Source: the human T2T-CHM13v2.0 reference genome, Homo sapiens | Direction: 5' to 3' (one strand) | NCBI RefSeq assembly: GCF_009914755.1 | Contig: NC_060938.1 | Length of the DNA: 64,000 nt | Shown: positions 1 through 14,700 of the stretch, in pieces | Layout of the letters: the number at the start of each line of letters is the position of its first letter | How positions within the stretch are numbered: position 1 is the first letter of the stretch | Notes under the pieces: model-generated | The model's input: the letters and a program-made list of their open reading frames with translations, nothing else | The model's database searches: none | What the model was told of the DNA's origin: nothing | Translations under genes and position numbers: made by a program

Positions 1-2531
1 ATAAAAACCAGACACAAAGATTCTCAGAAACTTCTTTGTGACGTTTGCATTCAACTCACAGAGTTGAACACACCTTTTCATAGAGCAGTTTTGAAACAGT
101 CTTTTCGTAGAATCTGCAAGTGTATATTTGGAATGCTTTGAGGCCTTCATTGTAAACGAGAATATCTTCACATAAAAACGAGACAGAAGCATTCTCAGCA
201 ACTACTTTGTGATGATTGCATTCAACTCACTGTGTTAACCTTTATTTTGATAGGGCAGTTTTGAAACACTGTTTTTGTAGCATCTGCAAGTGGTGATTTG
301 GAGAGCTTTGAGGCCTATGGTGGAAAAGGAAATATCTTCACATAAAACAGGACAGAAACATTTTCAGAATCTCCGCTGTGATGTTTGCATTGAACTCACA
401 GAGTTGAACGTCCCCTTTCATAGAGCAGTTTTGAAACACTTTTCGTAGAATCTGCCAGTGGATATTTGGACTGATTGGAGGCCTTTGTTGGACACGGGAA
501 TATCTTCATATAAAAACTAGAAAGAAGAATTCTCAGAAACTTCTTTGTGATGTGTGCATTCAACTCAGAGAGTTGAACTTTTCTTTTGATAGAGCAGTTT
601 TGAAACAGACTTTTTGCAGAATCTGCAAGTGGACATTTGGGAAGCTTTGAGGCCTATGGTGGAAAATGATATACCTTCACATAGAAACCAGACAGAAGCA
701 TTTTCAGAAACTTCTTTGCGATGTTTGCATTCAACTCACAGTGTTAACCTTTATTTTCATAGAACAGTTTTGAAACACTGTTTTTGTAGCATCTGCAAGT
801 GGTCATTTGGAGAGCTTTGAGGCCTATGGTGGAAAAGGAAATATCTCCACATAAAAACTGGACAGAAGCATTCTCAGAATCTCCTCTGTGATGTTTGCAT
901 TCAACTCACAGAGTTGAACATACCTTTTCATAGAGCAGTTTTGAAACACTCTTTTCGTAGAATCCACAAGTGGATATTTGGACTGATTTGAGGCCTTTGT
1001 TGGAAACGGGAATACCTTCACATAAAATCTAGAAAGAAGAATTCTCAGAAACTTCTTTGTGATATGTGCATTCAACTCAGAGAGTTGAACTTTTCTTTTC
1101 ATAGAGCAGTTTTGAAACAGACTTTTTGTAGAATCTGCAAGTGGACATTTGGGAAGCTTTGAGGCCTATGGTGGAAAATGATATACTTTCACATAAAAAG
1201 AAGACAGAAGCATTTTCAGAAACTTCTTTGTGATGTTTGCATTCAACTCACAGAGATGAAATACCTTTTCATAGCGCAGTTTTGAAAAACTCTTTTCGTA
1301 GTATCTGCAAGGGGATATTTGGACTGCTTTGAGGCCTTCAGTGGAAACAGAAATATCTTAACATAAAAATTAGACAGAAGCATTCTCAGAAACTTCTTTG
1401 TGATGAGGCCATTCAACTCACAGAGCTGAAGCACTCTTTTGAAGGAGCAGTTTGAAACATTCTTTTTGTAGAATCTGCAAGTGCAAAGCCAAGAGAGCTT
1501 TGAGGCCTACAGTGGAAAAGGAAATATCTTCACATAAAAACTGGACAGAAGCATTCTCAAAAACATCTTTGTGATATTTGCATTCAACTCACAGAGTTGA
1601 AAATAACTTTTCGTAGAGCAGTTTTGAAACACTCTTTTTGTAGAATCTGCAAGAGGAGATTTGGACTGCTTTAAGGACCTCGTTGGAAACGGGAATATCT
1701 TCACATAAAATCTAGACAGAAGCATTCTCAGAAACACCTTTGTGATGTGGGCATTCAACTCAGAGAGTTGAACCTTTCTTTTGATAGAGCAGTTTTGAAA
1801 CACTGTTTTTATAGAATCTGCAAGTGGACATTTGGAGACTTTTGAAGCATATGGTGGAAATGGAAATACCTTCCCATGAAAACTAGACAGAAACATTCTC
1901 AGTACCTACTTTGTTATGTTTGCATTCAACTCACAGAGATGGACATACCGTTTCATAGAGCAGTTTTGGAAAACTCTTTTGGTAGAATATGCAAATGGAT
2001 AATTGGAACGCTTTCAGGCCTCCGTTGGAAATGTGAATATCTTCAAATAAAAACTAGACAAAAGCATTCTCAGAAACTTCTTTGTGATGTGGGCATTCAC
2101 CTCACAGACTTGAACCTTTCTTTTCATAGAGCAGTCTTGAAACACTCTTTTTGAAGTATCGGCAAGTGGACATTTGGAGAGCTTTGGGGCCTATGGTGAG
2201 AAAGAAAATATCTTCACATAAAAACCAGACAGAAGCATTCTGAGAAACTTCTTGTGCTGTTTGCATTCAACTCAAAAAGTTGAAAATACCTTTTCATAGA
2301 GGAGTTTTGAAACACTCTTGTTGTAGAATCTGCAAGTGGATATTTGGACTGTTTTTAGGTTTTCTTTGGAAACAGGAATATCTTTACATAAACACTAGAC
2401 AGATGCATTCTCAGAAAGTTCTTTGTGATGTGTGCATTCAACTCACAGATTTGAACATACCTTGTCATAGAGCAGTTTTGAAACACTCGTTTCGTAGAAT
2501 CTCCAAGTGGATATTTGGACTGCTTTGAGGC

Positions 2532-2548
2532 CTTCGTCGGAAACGGGA
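2532..2548 (+). promoter_or_regulatory. CENP-B box variant with intact core (HOR monomer 15)
   Basis: CTTCGTCGGAAACGGGA keeps TTCGnnnnAnnCGGG. Equivalents at 9193, 12951, 16709, 20297; mutated (TTCA) at 5606. Confidence 0.85.
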
Positions 2549-2703
2549 ATATCTTCACATAAGAACTAGACAGAAGAATTCTGGGAAATTTCTTTGTGAT
2601 GTGTGCATCCAACTCACAGAGTTGAACCTTTCTGTTGATAGAGCAGTTTGGAAACACTCTTTTGGCAAAATCTGCAGAGTGGATATTTGTACTGCTTAGA
2701 GGC

Positions 2704-2720
2704 CTTCGTTGGAAACGGGA
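2704..2720 (+). promoter_or_regulatory. Canonical CENP-B box (HOR monomer 16)
   Basis: Exact CTTCGTTGGAAACGGGA. Equivalents at 5778, 9365, 16881, 20469; mutated (CGTCG) at 13123. Confidence 0.92.
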
Positions 2721-5700
2721 ATGTCTCCACATAAAAACTAGACAGAAGCATTCTCAGAAACTTCTTTGTGATCTGCACATTCAACACAAAGAGTTGAATC
2801 TTCCTTTTGATAGATCAGTTTTTAAACACTCTTTTTGTAGAATCTGCAAGTGGACATTTGGAAAGCTTTGAGGCCTGTGGTGGAAAAGGAAATACCTTCA
2901 CATAAAAACCAGATGGAAGCATTCTCAGAAACTTCTTTGTATTGTTTGCATTCAACCCACAGAGTTGAACATACCTTTTCACAGAGCAGTTTTGAAACAC
3001 TCTTTTTGTAGAATCTGCAAGTGGATATATGGAGTGCTTTGAGGCCTTCTTTGTAAACGGGAATATCTTCACATAAAAACTAGAGAGAAGCATTCTCAGA
3101 GCCTTCTTTGTGATGTGTGCATTCAACTCACAGAGCTGAACCTTTCTTTTGATAGAGCTGTTTTGAAGCACTGCTTTTTTAGAATCTGCATGTGGAAATT
3201 TTCAGAGCTTCGAGGCCTGTGGTGGAGAAGGAAATATCTTCACATAAAAACTAGACAGAAGCATTCTCAGAAACTTGTTTGTGACGTTTGCATTCAACTC
3301 ACAGAGTTGAACATACCTTTTCATAGAGCAGTTTTGAAACACTCTTTTCGTAGGATCTGCAAATGGATATTTGGACTGCTTTGAGGCCTTCGTTGGAAAG
3401 AGGAATATCTTCACATAAAAACTAGACGGAAGCATTCTCAGAAACTAATTTGTGATGTGTGAATTCAACTCACAGAGTTGAAGCTTTCTATTGATAGAGC
3501 AGTTTTGAAAAACCGTTTTTGTAGAATCTGCCAGTGGATATTTGGAGAGCTTGGAGGCCTACGGTGGAAAAGGAAATATCTTCACATAAAAACCAGACAC
3601 AAAGATTCTCAGAAACTTCTTTGCGACATTTGCATTCAACTCACAGAGTTGAACACACCTTTTCATAGAGCAGTTTTGAAGCACTCTTTTCGTAGAATCT
3701 GCAAGTGTATATTTGGAATGCTTTGAGACCTTCATTGTAAACGAGAATATCTTCACATAAAAACGAGACAGAAGAATTCTCAGCAACTACTTTGTGATGA
3801 TTGCATTCAACTCACTGTGTTAACCTTTATTTTGATAGGGCAGTTTTGAAACACTGTTTTTGTAGCATCTGCAAGTGGTCATTTGGAGAGCTTTGAGGCC
3901 TATGGTGGAAAAGGAAATATCTTCACATAAAAACAGGACAGAAGCATTTTCAGAATCTCCGCTGTGATGTTTGCATTGAACTCACAGAGTTGAACGTCCC
4001 CTTTCATAGAGCAGTTTTGAAACACTCTTCGTAGAATCTGCCAGTGGATATTTGGACTGATTTGAGGCCTTTGTTGGACACGGGAATATCTTCATATAAA
4101 AACTAGAAAGAAGAATTCTCAGAAACTTCTTTGTGATGTGTGCATTCAACTCAGAGAGTTGAACTTTTCTTTTGATAGAGCAGTTTTGAAACAGACTTTT
4201 TGCAGAATCTGCAAGTGGACATTTGGGAAGCTTTGAGGCCTATGGTGGAAAATGATATACCTTCACATAAAAAGAAGACAGAAGCATTTTCAGAAACTTC
4301 TTTGTGATGTTTGCATTCAACTCACAGAGATGAAATAACTTTTCATAGCGCAGTTTTGAAAAACTCTTTTCGTAGTATCTGCAAGGGGATATTTGGACTG
4401 CTTTGAGGCCTTCAGTGGAAACAGAAATATCTTAACATAAAAATTAGACAGAAGCATTCTCAGAAACTTCTTTGTGATGAGGCCATTCAACTCACAGAGC
4501 TGAAGCACTCTTTTGAAGGAGCAGTTTGAAACATTCTTTTTGTAGAATCTGCAAGTGCAAAGCCAAGAGAGCTTTGAGGCCTACAGTGGAAAAGGAAATA
4601 TCTTCACATAAAAACTGGACAGAAGCATTCTCAAAAACATCTTTGTGATATTTGCATTCAACTCACAGTGTTGAAAATAACTTTTCGTAGAGCAGTTTTG
4701 AAACACTCTTTTTGTAGAATCTGCAAGAGGAGATTTGGACTGCTTTAAGGACCTCGTTGGAAACGGGAATATCTTCACATAAAATCTAGACAGAAGCATT
4801 CTCAGAAACACCTTTGTGATGTGGGCATTCAACTCAGAGAGTTGAACCTTTCTTTTGATAGAGCAGTTTTGAAACACTGTTTTTATAGAATCTGCAAGTG
4901 GACATTTGGAGACTTTTGAAGCATATGGTGGAAATGGAAATACCTTCCCATGAAAACTAGACAGAAACATTCTCAGTACCTACTTTGTTATGTTTGCATT
5001 CAACTCACAGAGATGGACATACCTTTTCCTAGAGCAGTTTTGGAAAACTCTTTTGGTAGAATATGCAAATGGATAATTGGAACGCTTTCAGGCCTTCGTT
5101 GGAAATGTGAATATCTTCAAATAAAAACTAGACAAAAGCATTCTCAGAAACTTCTTTGTGATGTGGGCATTCAACTCACAGACTTGAACCTTTCTTTTCA
5201 TAGAGCAGTCTTGAAACACTCTTTTTGAAGTATCGGCAAGTGGACATTTGGAGAGCTTTGGAGCCTATGGTGAGAAAGAAAATATCTTCACATAAAAACC
5301 AGACAGAAGCATTCTGAGAAACTTCTTGTGCTGTTTGCATTCAACTCACAAAGTTGAAAATACCTTTTCATAGAGGAGTTTTGAGACACTCTTTTTGTAG
5401 AATCTGCAAGTGGATATTTGGACTGCTTTTAGGTTTTCTTTGGAAACAGGAATATCTTTACATAAACACTAGACAGATGCATTCTCAGAAAGTTCTTTGT
5501 GATGTGTGCATTCAACTCACAGATTTGAACATACCTTGTCATAGAGCAGTTTTGAAACACTCGTTTCGTAGAATCTGCAAGTGGATATTTGGACTGCTTT
5601 GAGGCCTTCATCGGAAACGGGAATATCTTCACATAAGAACTAGACAGAAGAATTCTGGGAAATTTCTTTGTGATGTGTGCATCCAACTCACAGAGTTGAA

Positions 5701-8700
5701 CCTTTCTGTTGATAGAGCAGTTTGGAAACACTCTTTTGGCAAAATCTGCAGAGTGGATATTTGTACTGCTTAGAGGCCTTCGTTGGAAACGGGAATGTCT
5801 CCACATAAAAACTAGACAGAAGCATTCTCAGAAACTTCTTTGTGATCTGCACATTCAACACAAAGAGTTGAATCTTCCTTTTGATAGAGCAGTTTTTAAA
5901 CACTCTTTTTGTAGAATCTGCAAGTGGACATTTGGAAAGCTTTGAGGCCTGTGGTGGAAAAGGAAATACCTTCACATAAAAACCAGATGGAAGCATTCTC
6001 AGAAACTTCTTTGTATTGTTTGCATTCAACCCACTGAGTTGAACACACCTTTTCACAGAGCAGTTTTGAAACACTCTTTTTGTAGAATCTGCAAGTGGAT
6101 ATATGGAGTGCTTTGAGGCCTTCTTTGTAAACGGGAATATCTTCACATAAAAACTAGAGAGAAGCATTCTCAGAGCCTTCTTTGTGATGTGTGCATTCAA
6201 CTCACAGAGCTGAACCTTTCTTTTGATAGAGCTGTTTTGAAGCACTGTTTTTTTAGAATCTGCATGTGGAAATTTTCAGAGCTTCGAGGCCTGTGGTGGA
6301 GAAGGAAATATCTTCACATAAAAACTAGACAGAAGCATTCTCAGAAACTGGTTTGTGACGTTTGCATTCAACTCACAGAGTTGAACATACCTTTTCATAG
6401 AGCAGTTTTGAAACACTCTTTTCGTAGGATCTGCAAATGGATATTTGGACTGCTTTGAGGCCTTCGTTGGAAAGAGGAATATCTTCACATAAAAACTAGA
6501 CGGAAGCATTCTCAGAAACTACTTTGTGATGTGTGAATTCAACTCACAGAGTTGAAGCTTTCTATTGATAGAGCAGTTTTGAAAAACCGTTTTTGTAGAA
6601 TCTGCCAGTGGTTATTTGGAGAGCTTGGAGGCCTACGGTGGAAAAGGAAATATCTTCACATAAAAACCAGACACAAAGATTCTCAGAAACTTCTTTGCGA
6701 CATTTGCATTCAACTCACAGAGTTGAACACACCTTTTCATAGAGCAGTTTTGAAGCACTCTTTTCGTAGAATCTGCAAGTGTATATTTGGAATGCTTTGA
6801 GACCTTCATTGTAAACGAGAATATCTTCACATAAAAACGAGACAGAAGAATTCTCAGCAACTACTTTGTGATGATTGCATTCAACTCACTGTGTTAACCT
6901 TTATTTTGATAGGGCAGTTTTGAAACACTGTTTTTGTAGCATCTGCAAGTGGTCATTTGGAGAGCTTTGAGGCCTATGGTGGAAAAGGAAATATCTTCAC
7001 ATAAAAACAGAACAGAAGCATTTTCAGAATCTCCGCTGTGATGTTTGCATTGAACTCACAGAGTTGAACGTCCCCTTTCATAGAGCAGTTTTGAAACACT
7101 CTTCGTAGAATCTGCCAGTGGATATTTGGACTGATTTGAGGCCTTTGTTGGACACGGGAATATCTTCATATAAAAACTAGAAAGAAGAATTCTCAGAAAC
7201 TTCTTTGTGATGTGTGCATTCAACTCAGAGAGTTGAACTTTTCTTTTGATAGAGCAGTTTTGAAACAGACTTTTTGCAGAATCTGCAAGTGGACATTTGG
7301 GAAGCTTTGAGGCCTATGGTGGAAAATGATATACCTTCACATACAAACCAGACAGAAGCATTTTCAGAAACTTCTTTGCGATGTTTGCATTCAACTCACA
7401 GTGTTAACCTTTATTTTCATAGAACATTTTTGAAACACTCTTTTTGTAGCATCTGCAAGTGGTCATTTGGAGAGCTTTGAGGCCTATGGTGGAAAAGGAA
7501 ATATCTCCACATAAAAACTGGACAGAAGCATTCTCAGAATCTCCTCTGTGATGTTTGCATTCAACTCACAGAGTTGAACATACCTTTTCATAGTGCAGTT
7601 TTGATACACTCTTTTCGTAGAATCCACAAGTGGATATTTGGACTGATTTGAGGCCTTTGTTGGAAACGGGAATACCTTCACATAAAATCTAGAAAGAAGA
7701 ATTCTCAGAAACTTCTTTGTGATATGTGCATTCAACTCAGAGAGTTGAACTTTTCTTTTGATAGAGCAGTTTTGAAACAGACATTTTGTAGAATCTGCAA
7801 GTGGACATTTGGGAAGCTTTGAGGCCTATGGTGGAAAATGATATACCTTCACATAAAAAGAAGACAGAAGCATTTTCAGAAACTTCTTTGTGATGTTTGC
7901 ATTCAACTCACAGAGATGAAATACCTTTTCATAGCGCAGTTTTGAAAAACTCTTTTCGTAGTATCTGCAAGGGGATATTTGGACTGCTTTGAGGCCTTCA
8001 GTGGAAACAGAAATATCTTAACATAAAAATTAGACAGAAGCATTCTCAGAAACTTCTTTGTGATGAGGCCATTCAACTCACAGAGCTGAACCAGTCTTTT
8101 GAAGGAGCAGTTTGAAACATTCTTTTTGTAGAATCTGCAAGTGCAAAGCCAAGAGAGCTTTGAGGCCTACAGTGGAAAAGGAAATATCTTCACATAAAAA
8201 CTGGACAGAAGCATTCTCAAAAACATCTTTGTGATATTTGCATTCAACTCACAGAGTTGAAAATAACTTTTCGTAGAGCAGTTTTGAAACACTCTTTTTG
8301 TAGAATCTGCAAGAGGATATTTGGACTGCTTTAAGGACCTCGTTGGAAACGGGAATATCTTCACATAAAAACTAGACAGAAGCATTCTCAGAAACACCTT
8401 TGTGATGTGGGCATTCAACTCAGAGAGTTGAACCTTTCTTTTGATAGAGCAGTTTTGAAACACTGTTTTTATAGAATCTGCAAGTGGACATTTGGAGACT
8501 TTTGAAGCATATGGTGGAAATGGAAATACCTTCCCATGAAAACTAGACAGAAACATTCTCAGTACCTACTTTGTTATGTTTGCATTCAACTCACAGAGAT
8601 GGACATACCTTTTCATAGAGCAGTTTTGGAAAACTCTTTTGGTAGAATATGCAAATGGATAATTGGAACGCTTTCAGGCCTTCGTTGGAAATGTGAATAT

Positions 8701-11700
8701 CTTCAAATAAAAACTAGACAAAAGCATTCTCAGAAACTTCTTTGTGATGTGGGCATTCACCTCACAGACTTGAACCTTTCTTTTCATAGAGCAGTCTTGA
8801 AACACTCTTTTTGAAGGATCGGCAAGTGGACATTTGGAGAGCTTTGAGGCCTATGGTGAGAAAGAAAATATCTTCACATAAAAACCAGACAGAAGCATTC
8901 TGAGAAACTTCTTTGTGCTGTTTGCATTCAACTGACAAAGTTGAAAATACCTTTTCATAGAGGAGTTTTGAAACACTCTTTTCGTAGAATCTGCAAGTGG
9001 ATATTTGGACTGCTTTTAGGTTTTCTTTGGAAACAGGAATATCTTTACATAAACACTAGACAAATGTATTCTCAGAAAGTTCTTTGTGATGTGTGCATTC
9101 AACTCACAGATTTGAACATACCTTGTCATAGAGCAGTTTTGAAACACTCGTTTCGTAGAATCTGCAAGTGGATATTTGGACTGCTTTGAGGCCTTCGTCG
9201 GAAACGGGAATATCTTCACATAAGAATTAGACAGAAGAATTCTGGGAAATTTCTTTGTGATGTGTGCATTCAACTCACAGAGTTGAACCTTTTTGTTGAT
9301 AGAGCAGTTTGGAAACACTCTTTTGGCAAAATCTGCAGAGTGGATATTTGTACTGCTTAGAGGCCTTCGTTGGAAACGGGAATGTCTCCACATAAAAACT
9401 AGACAGAAGCATTCTCAGAAACTTCTTTGTGATCTGCACATTCAACACAAAGAGTTGAATCTTCCTTTTGAGAGAGCAGTTTTTAAACACTCTTTTTGTA
9501 GAATCTGCAAGTGGACATTTGGAAAGCTTTGAGGCCTGTGGTGGAAAAGGAAATACCTTCACATAAAAACCAGATGGAAGCATTCTCAGAAACTTCTTTG
9601 TATTGTTTGCATTCAACCCACAGAGTTGAACATACCTTTTCACAGAGCAGTTTTGAAACACTCTTTTTGTAGAATCTGCAAGTGGATATATGGAGTGCTT
9701 TGAGGCCTTCTTTGTAAACGGGAATATCTTCACATAAAAACGAGAGAGAAGCATTCTCAGAGCCTTCTTTGTGATGTGTGCATTCAACTCACAGAGCTGA
9801 ACCTTTCTTTTGATAGAGCTGTTTTGAAGCACTGTTTTTTTAGAATCTGCAAGTGGATATATGGAGTGCTTTGAGGCCTTCTTTGTAAACGGGAATATCT
9901 TCACATAAAAACTAGACAGAAGCATTCTCAGAGCCTTCTTTGTGATGTGTGCATTCAACTCACAGAGCTGAACCTTTCTTTTGATAGAGCTGTTTTGAAG
10001 CACTGTTTTTTTAGAATCTGCATGTGGAAATTTTCAGAGCTTCGAGGCCTGTGGTGGAGAAGGAAATATCTTCACATAGAAACTAGACAGAAGCATTCTC
10101 AGAAATTTGTTTGTGACGTTTGCATTCAACTCACAGAGTTGAACATACCTTTTCATAGAGCAGTTTTGAAACACTCTTTTCGTAGGATATGCAAATGGAT
10201 ATTTGGACTGCTTTGAGGCCTTCGTTGGAAAGAGGAATATCTTCACATAAAAACTAGACGGAAGCATTCTCAGAAACTTCTTTGTGATGTGTGAATTCAA
10301 CTCACAGAGTTGAAGCTTTCTATTGATAGAGCAGTTTTGAAAAACCGTTTTTGTAGAATCTGCCAGTGGATATTTGGAGAGCTTTGAGGCCTACGGTGGA
10401 AAAGGAAATATCTTCACATAAAAACCAGACACAAAGATTCTCAGAAACTTCTTTGTGACGTTTGCATTCAACTCACAGAGTTGAACACACCTTTTCATAG
10501 AGCAGTTTTGAAGCAGTCTTTTCGTAGAATCTGCAAGTGTATATTTGGAATGCTTTGAGGCCTTCATTGTAAACGAGAATATCTTCACATAAAAACGAGA
10601 CAGAAGCATTCTCAGCAACTACTTTGTGATGATTGCATTCAACTCACTGTGTTAACCTTTATTTTGATAAGGCAGTTTGGAAACACTGTTTTTGTAGCAT
10701 CTGCAAGTGGTCATTTGGAGAGCTTTGAGGCCTATGGTGGAAAAGGAAATATCTTCACATAAAAACAGGACAGAAGCATTTTCAGAATCTCCGCTCTGAT
10801 GTTTGCATGGAACTCACACAGTTGAACGTCCCTTTTCATAGAGCAGTTTTGAAACACTCTTCGTAGAATCTGCCAGTGGATATTTGGACTGATTTGAGGC
10901 CTTTGTTGGACACGGGAGTGTCTTCATATAAAAACTAGAAAGAAGAATTCTCAGAAACTTCTTTGTGATGTGTGCATTCAACTCAGAGAGTTGAACTTTT
11001 CTTTTGATAGAGCAGTTTTGCAACAGACTTTTTGCAGAATCTGCAAGTGGACATTTGGGAAGCTTTGAGGCCTATGGTGGAAAATGATATACCTTCACAT
11101 AAAAACCAGACAGAAGCATTTTCAGAAACTTCTTTGCGATGTTTGCATTCAACTCACAGTGTTAACCTTTATTTTCATAGAACAGTTTTGAAACACTGTT
11201 TTTGTAGCATCTGCAAGTGGTCATTTGGAGAGCTTTGAGGCCTATGGTGGAAAAGGAAATATCTCCACATAAAAACTGGACAGAAGCATTCTCAGAATCT
11301 CCTCTGTGATGTTTGCATTCAACTCACAGAGTTGAACATACCTTTTCATAGAGCAGTTTTGAAACACTCTTTTCGTAGAATCCACAAGTGGATATTTGGA
11401 CTGATTTGAGGCCTTTGTTGGAAACGGGAATACCTTCACATAAAATCTAGAAAGAAGAATTCTCAGAAACTTCTTTGTGATATGTGCATTCAACTCAGAG
11501 AGTTGAACTTTTCTTTTGATAGAGCAGTTTTGAAACAGACTTTTTGTAGAATCTGCAAGTGGACATTTGGGAAGCTTTGAGGCCTATGGTGGAAAATGAT
11601 ATACCTTCACATAAAAAGAAGACAGAAGCATTTTCAGAAACGTCTTTGTGATGTTTGCATTCAACTCACAGAGATGAAATACCTTTTCATAGCGCAGTTT

Positions 11701-14700
11701 TGAAAAACTCTTTTCGTAGTATCTGCAAGGGGATATTTGGACTGCTTTGAGGCCTTCAGTGGAAACAGAAATATCTTAACATAAAAATTAGACAGAAGCA
11801 TTTTCAGAAACTTCTTTGTGATGAGGCCATTCAACTCACAGAGCTGAAGCACTCTTTTGAAGGAGCAGTTTGAAACATTCTTTTTGTAGAATCTGCAAGT
11901 GCAAAGCCAAGAGAGCTTTGAGGCCTACAGTGGAAAAGGAAATATCTTCACATAAAAACTGGACAGAAGCATTCTCAAAAACATCTTTGTGATATTTGCA
12001 TTCAACTCACAGATTTGAAAATAACTTTTCGTAGAGCAGTTTTGAAACACTCTTTTTGTAGAATCTGCAAGAGGATATTTGGACTGCTTTAAGGACCTCG
12101 TTGGAAACGGGAATATCTTCACATAAAAACTAGACAGAAGCATTCTCAGAAACACCTTTGTGATGGGGGCATTCAACTCAGAGAGTTGAACCTTTCTTTT
12201 GATACAGCAGTTTTGAAACACTGTTTTTATAGAATCTGCAAGGGGACATTTGGAGACTTTTGAAGCATATGGTGGAAATGGAAATACCTTCCCATGGAAA
12301 CTAGACAGAAACATTCTCAGTACCTACTTTGTTATGTTTGCATTCAACTCACAGAGATGGACATACCTTTTCATAGAGCAGTTTTGGAAAACTCTTTTGG
12401 TGGAATATGCAAATGGATAATTGGAACGCTTTCAGGCCTTCGTTGGAAATGTGAATATCTTCAAATAAAAACTAGACAAAAGCATTCTCAGAAACTTCTT
12501 TGTGATGTGGGCATTCAACTCACAGACTTGAACCTTTCTTTTCATAGAGCAGTCTTGAAACACTCTTTTTGAAGAATCGGCAAGTGGACATTTGGAGAGC
12601 TTTGAGGCCTATGGTGAGAAAGAAAATATCTTCACATAAAAACCAGACAGAAGCATTCTGAGAAACTTCTTTGTGCTGTTTGCATTCAACTCACAAAGTT
12701 GAAAATACCTTTTCATAGAGGAGTTTTGAAACACTCTTTTCGTACAATCTGCAAGTGGATATTTGGACTGCTTTTAGGTTTTCTTTGGAAACAGGAATAT
12801 CTTTACATAAAAACTAGACAGATGCATTCTCAGAAAGTTCTTGGTGATGTGTGCATTCAACTCACAGATATGAACATACCTTGTCATAGAGCAGTTTTGA
12901 AACACTCGTTTCGTAGAATCTGCAAGTGGATATTTGGACTGCTTTGAGGCCTTCGTCGGAAACGGGAATATCTTCACATAAGAACTAGACAGAAGAATTC
13001 TGGGAAATTTCTTTGTGATGTGTGCATTCAACTCACAGAGTTGAACCTTTCTGTTGATAGAGCAGTTTGGAAACACTCTTTTCGCAAAATCTGCAGAGTG
13101 GATATTTGTACTGCTTAGAGGCCGTCGTTGGAAACGGGAATGTCTCCACATAAAAACTAGACAGAAGCATTCTCAGAAACTTCTTTGTGATCTGCACATT
13201 CAACACAAAGAGTTGAATCTTCCTTTTGATAGATCAGTTTTTAAACACTCTTTTTGTAGAATCTGCAAGTGGACATTTGGAAAGCTTTGAGGCCTGTGGT
13301 GGAAAAGGAAATACCTTCACATAAAAACCAGATGGAAGCATTCTCAGAAACTTCTTTGTATTGTTTGCATTCAACCCACAGAGTTGAACATACCTTTTCA
13401 CAGAGCAGTTTTGAAACACTCTTTTTGTACAATCTGCAAGTGGATATATGGAGTGCTTTGAGGCCTTCTTTGTAAACGGGAATATCTTCACATAAAAACT
13501 AGAGAGAAGCATTCTCAGAGCCTTCTTTGTGATGTGTGCATTCAACTCACAGAGCTGAACCTTTCTTTTGATAGAGCTGTTTTGAAGCACTGTTTTTTTA
13601 GAATCTGCAAGTGGATATATGGAGTGCTTTGAGGCCTTCTTTGTAAACGGGAATATCTTCACATAAAAACTAGAGAGAAGCATTCTCAGAGCCTTCTTTG
13701 TGATGTGTGCATTCAACTCACAGAGCTGAACCTTTCTTTTGATAGAGCTGTTTTGAAGCACTGTTTTTTTAGAATCTGCATGTGGAAATTTTCAGAGCTT
13801 CGAGGCCTGTGGTGGAGAAGGAAATATCTTCACATAGAAACTAGACAGAAGCATTCTCAGAAATTTGTTTGTAACGTTTGCATTCAACTCACAGAGTTGA
13901 ACATACCTTTTCATAGAGCAGTTTTGAAACACTCTTTTCGTAGGATCTGCAAATGGATATTTGGACTGCTTTGAGGCCTTCGTTGGAAAGAGGAATATCT
14001 TCACATAAAAACTAGACGGAAGCATTCTCAGAAACTTCTTTGTGATGTGTGAATTCAACTCACAGAGTTGAAGCTTTCTATTGATAGAGCAGTTTTGAAA
14101 AACCGTTTTTGTAGAATCTGCCAGTGGATATTTGGAGAGCTTTGAGGCCTACGGTGGAAAAGGAAATATCTTCACATAAAAACCAGACACAAAGATTCTC
14201 AGAAACTTCTTTGTGACGTTTGCATTCAACTCACAGAGTTGAACACACCTTTTCATAGAGCAGTTTTGAAGCAGTCTTTTCGTAGAATCTGCAAGTGTAT
14301 ATTTGGAATGCTTTGAGGCCTTCCTTGTAAACGAGAATATCTTCACATAAAAACGAGACAGAAGCATTCTCAGCAACTACTTTGTGATGATTGCATTCAA
14401 CTCACTGTGTTAACCTTTATTTTGATAGGGCAGTTTGGAAACACTGTTTTTGTAGCATCTGCAAGTGGTCATTTGGAGAGCTTTGAGGCCTATGGTGGAA
14501 AAGGAAATATCTTCACATAAAAACAGGACAGAAGCATTTTCAGAATCTCCGCTCTGATGTTTGCATGGAACTCACACAGTTGAACGTCCCTTTTCATAGA
14601 GCAGTTTTGAAACACTCTTCGTAGAATCTGCCAGTGGATATTTGGACTGATTTGAGGCCTTTGTTGGACACGGGAATATCTTCATATAAAAACTAGAAAG

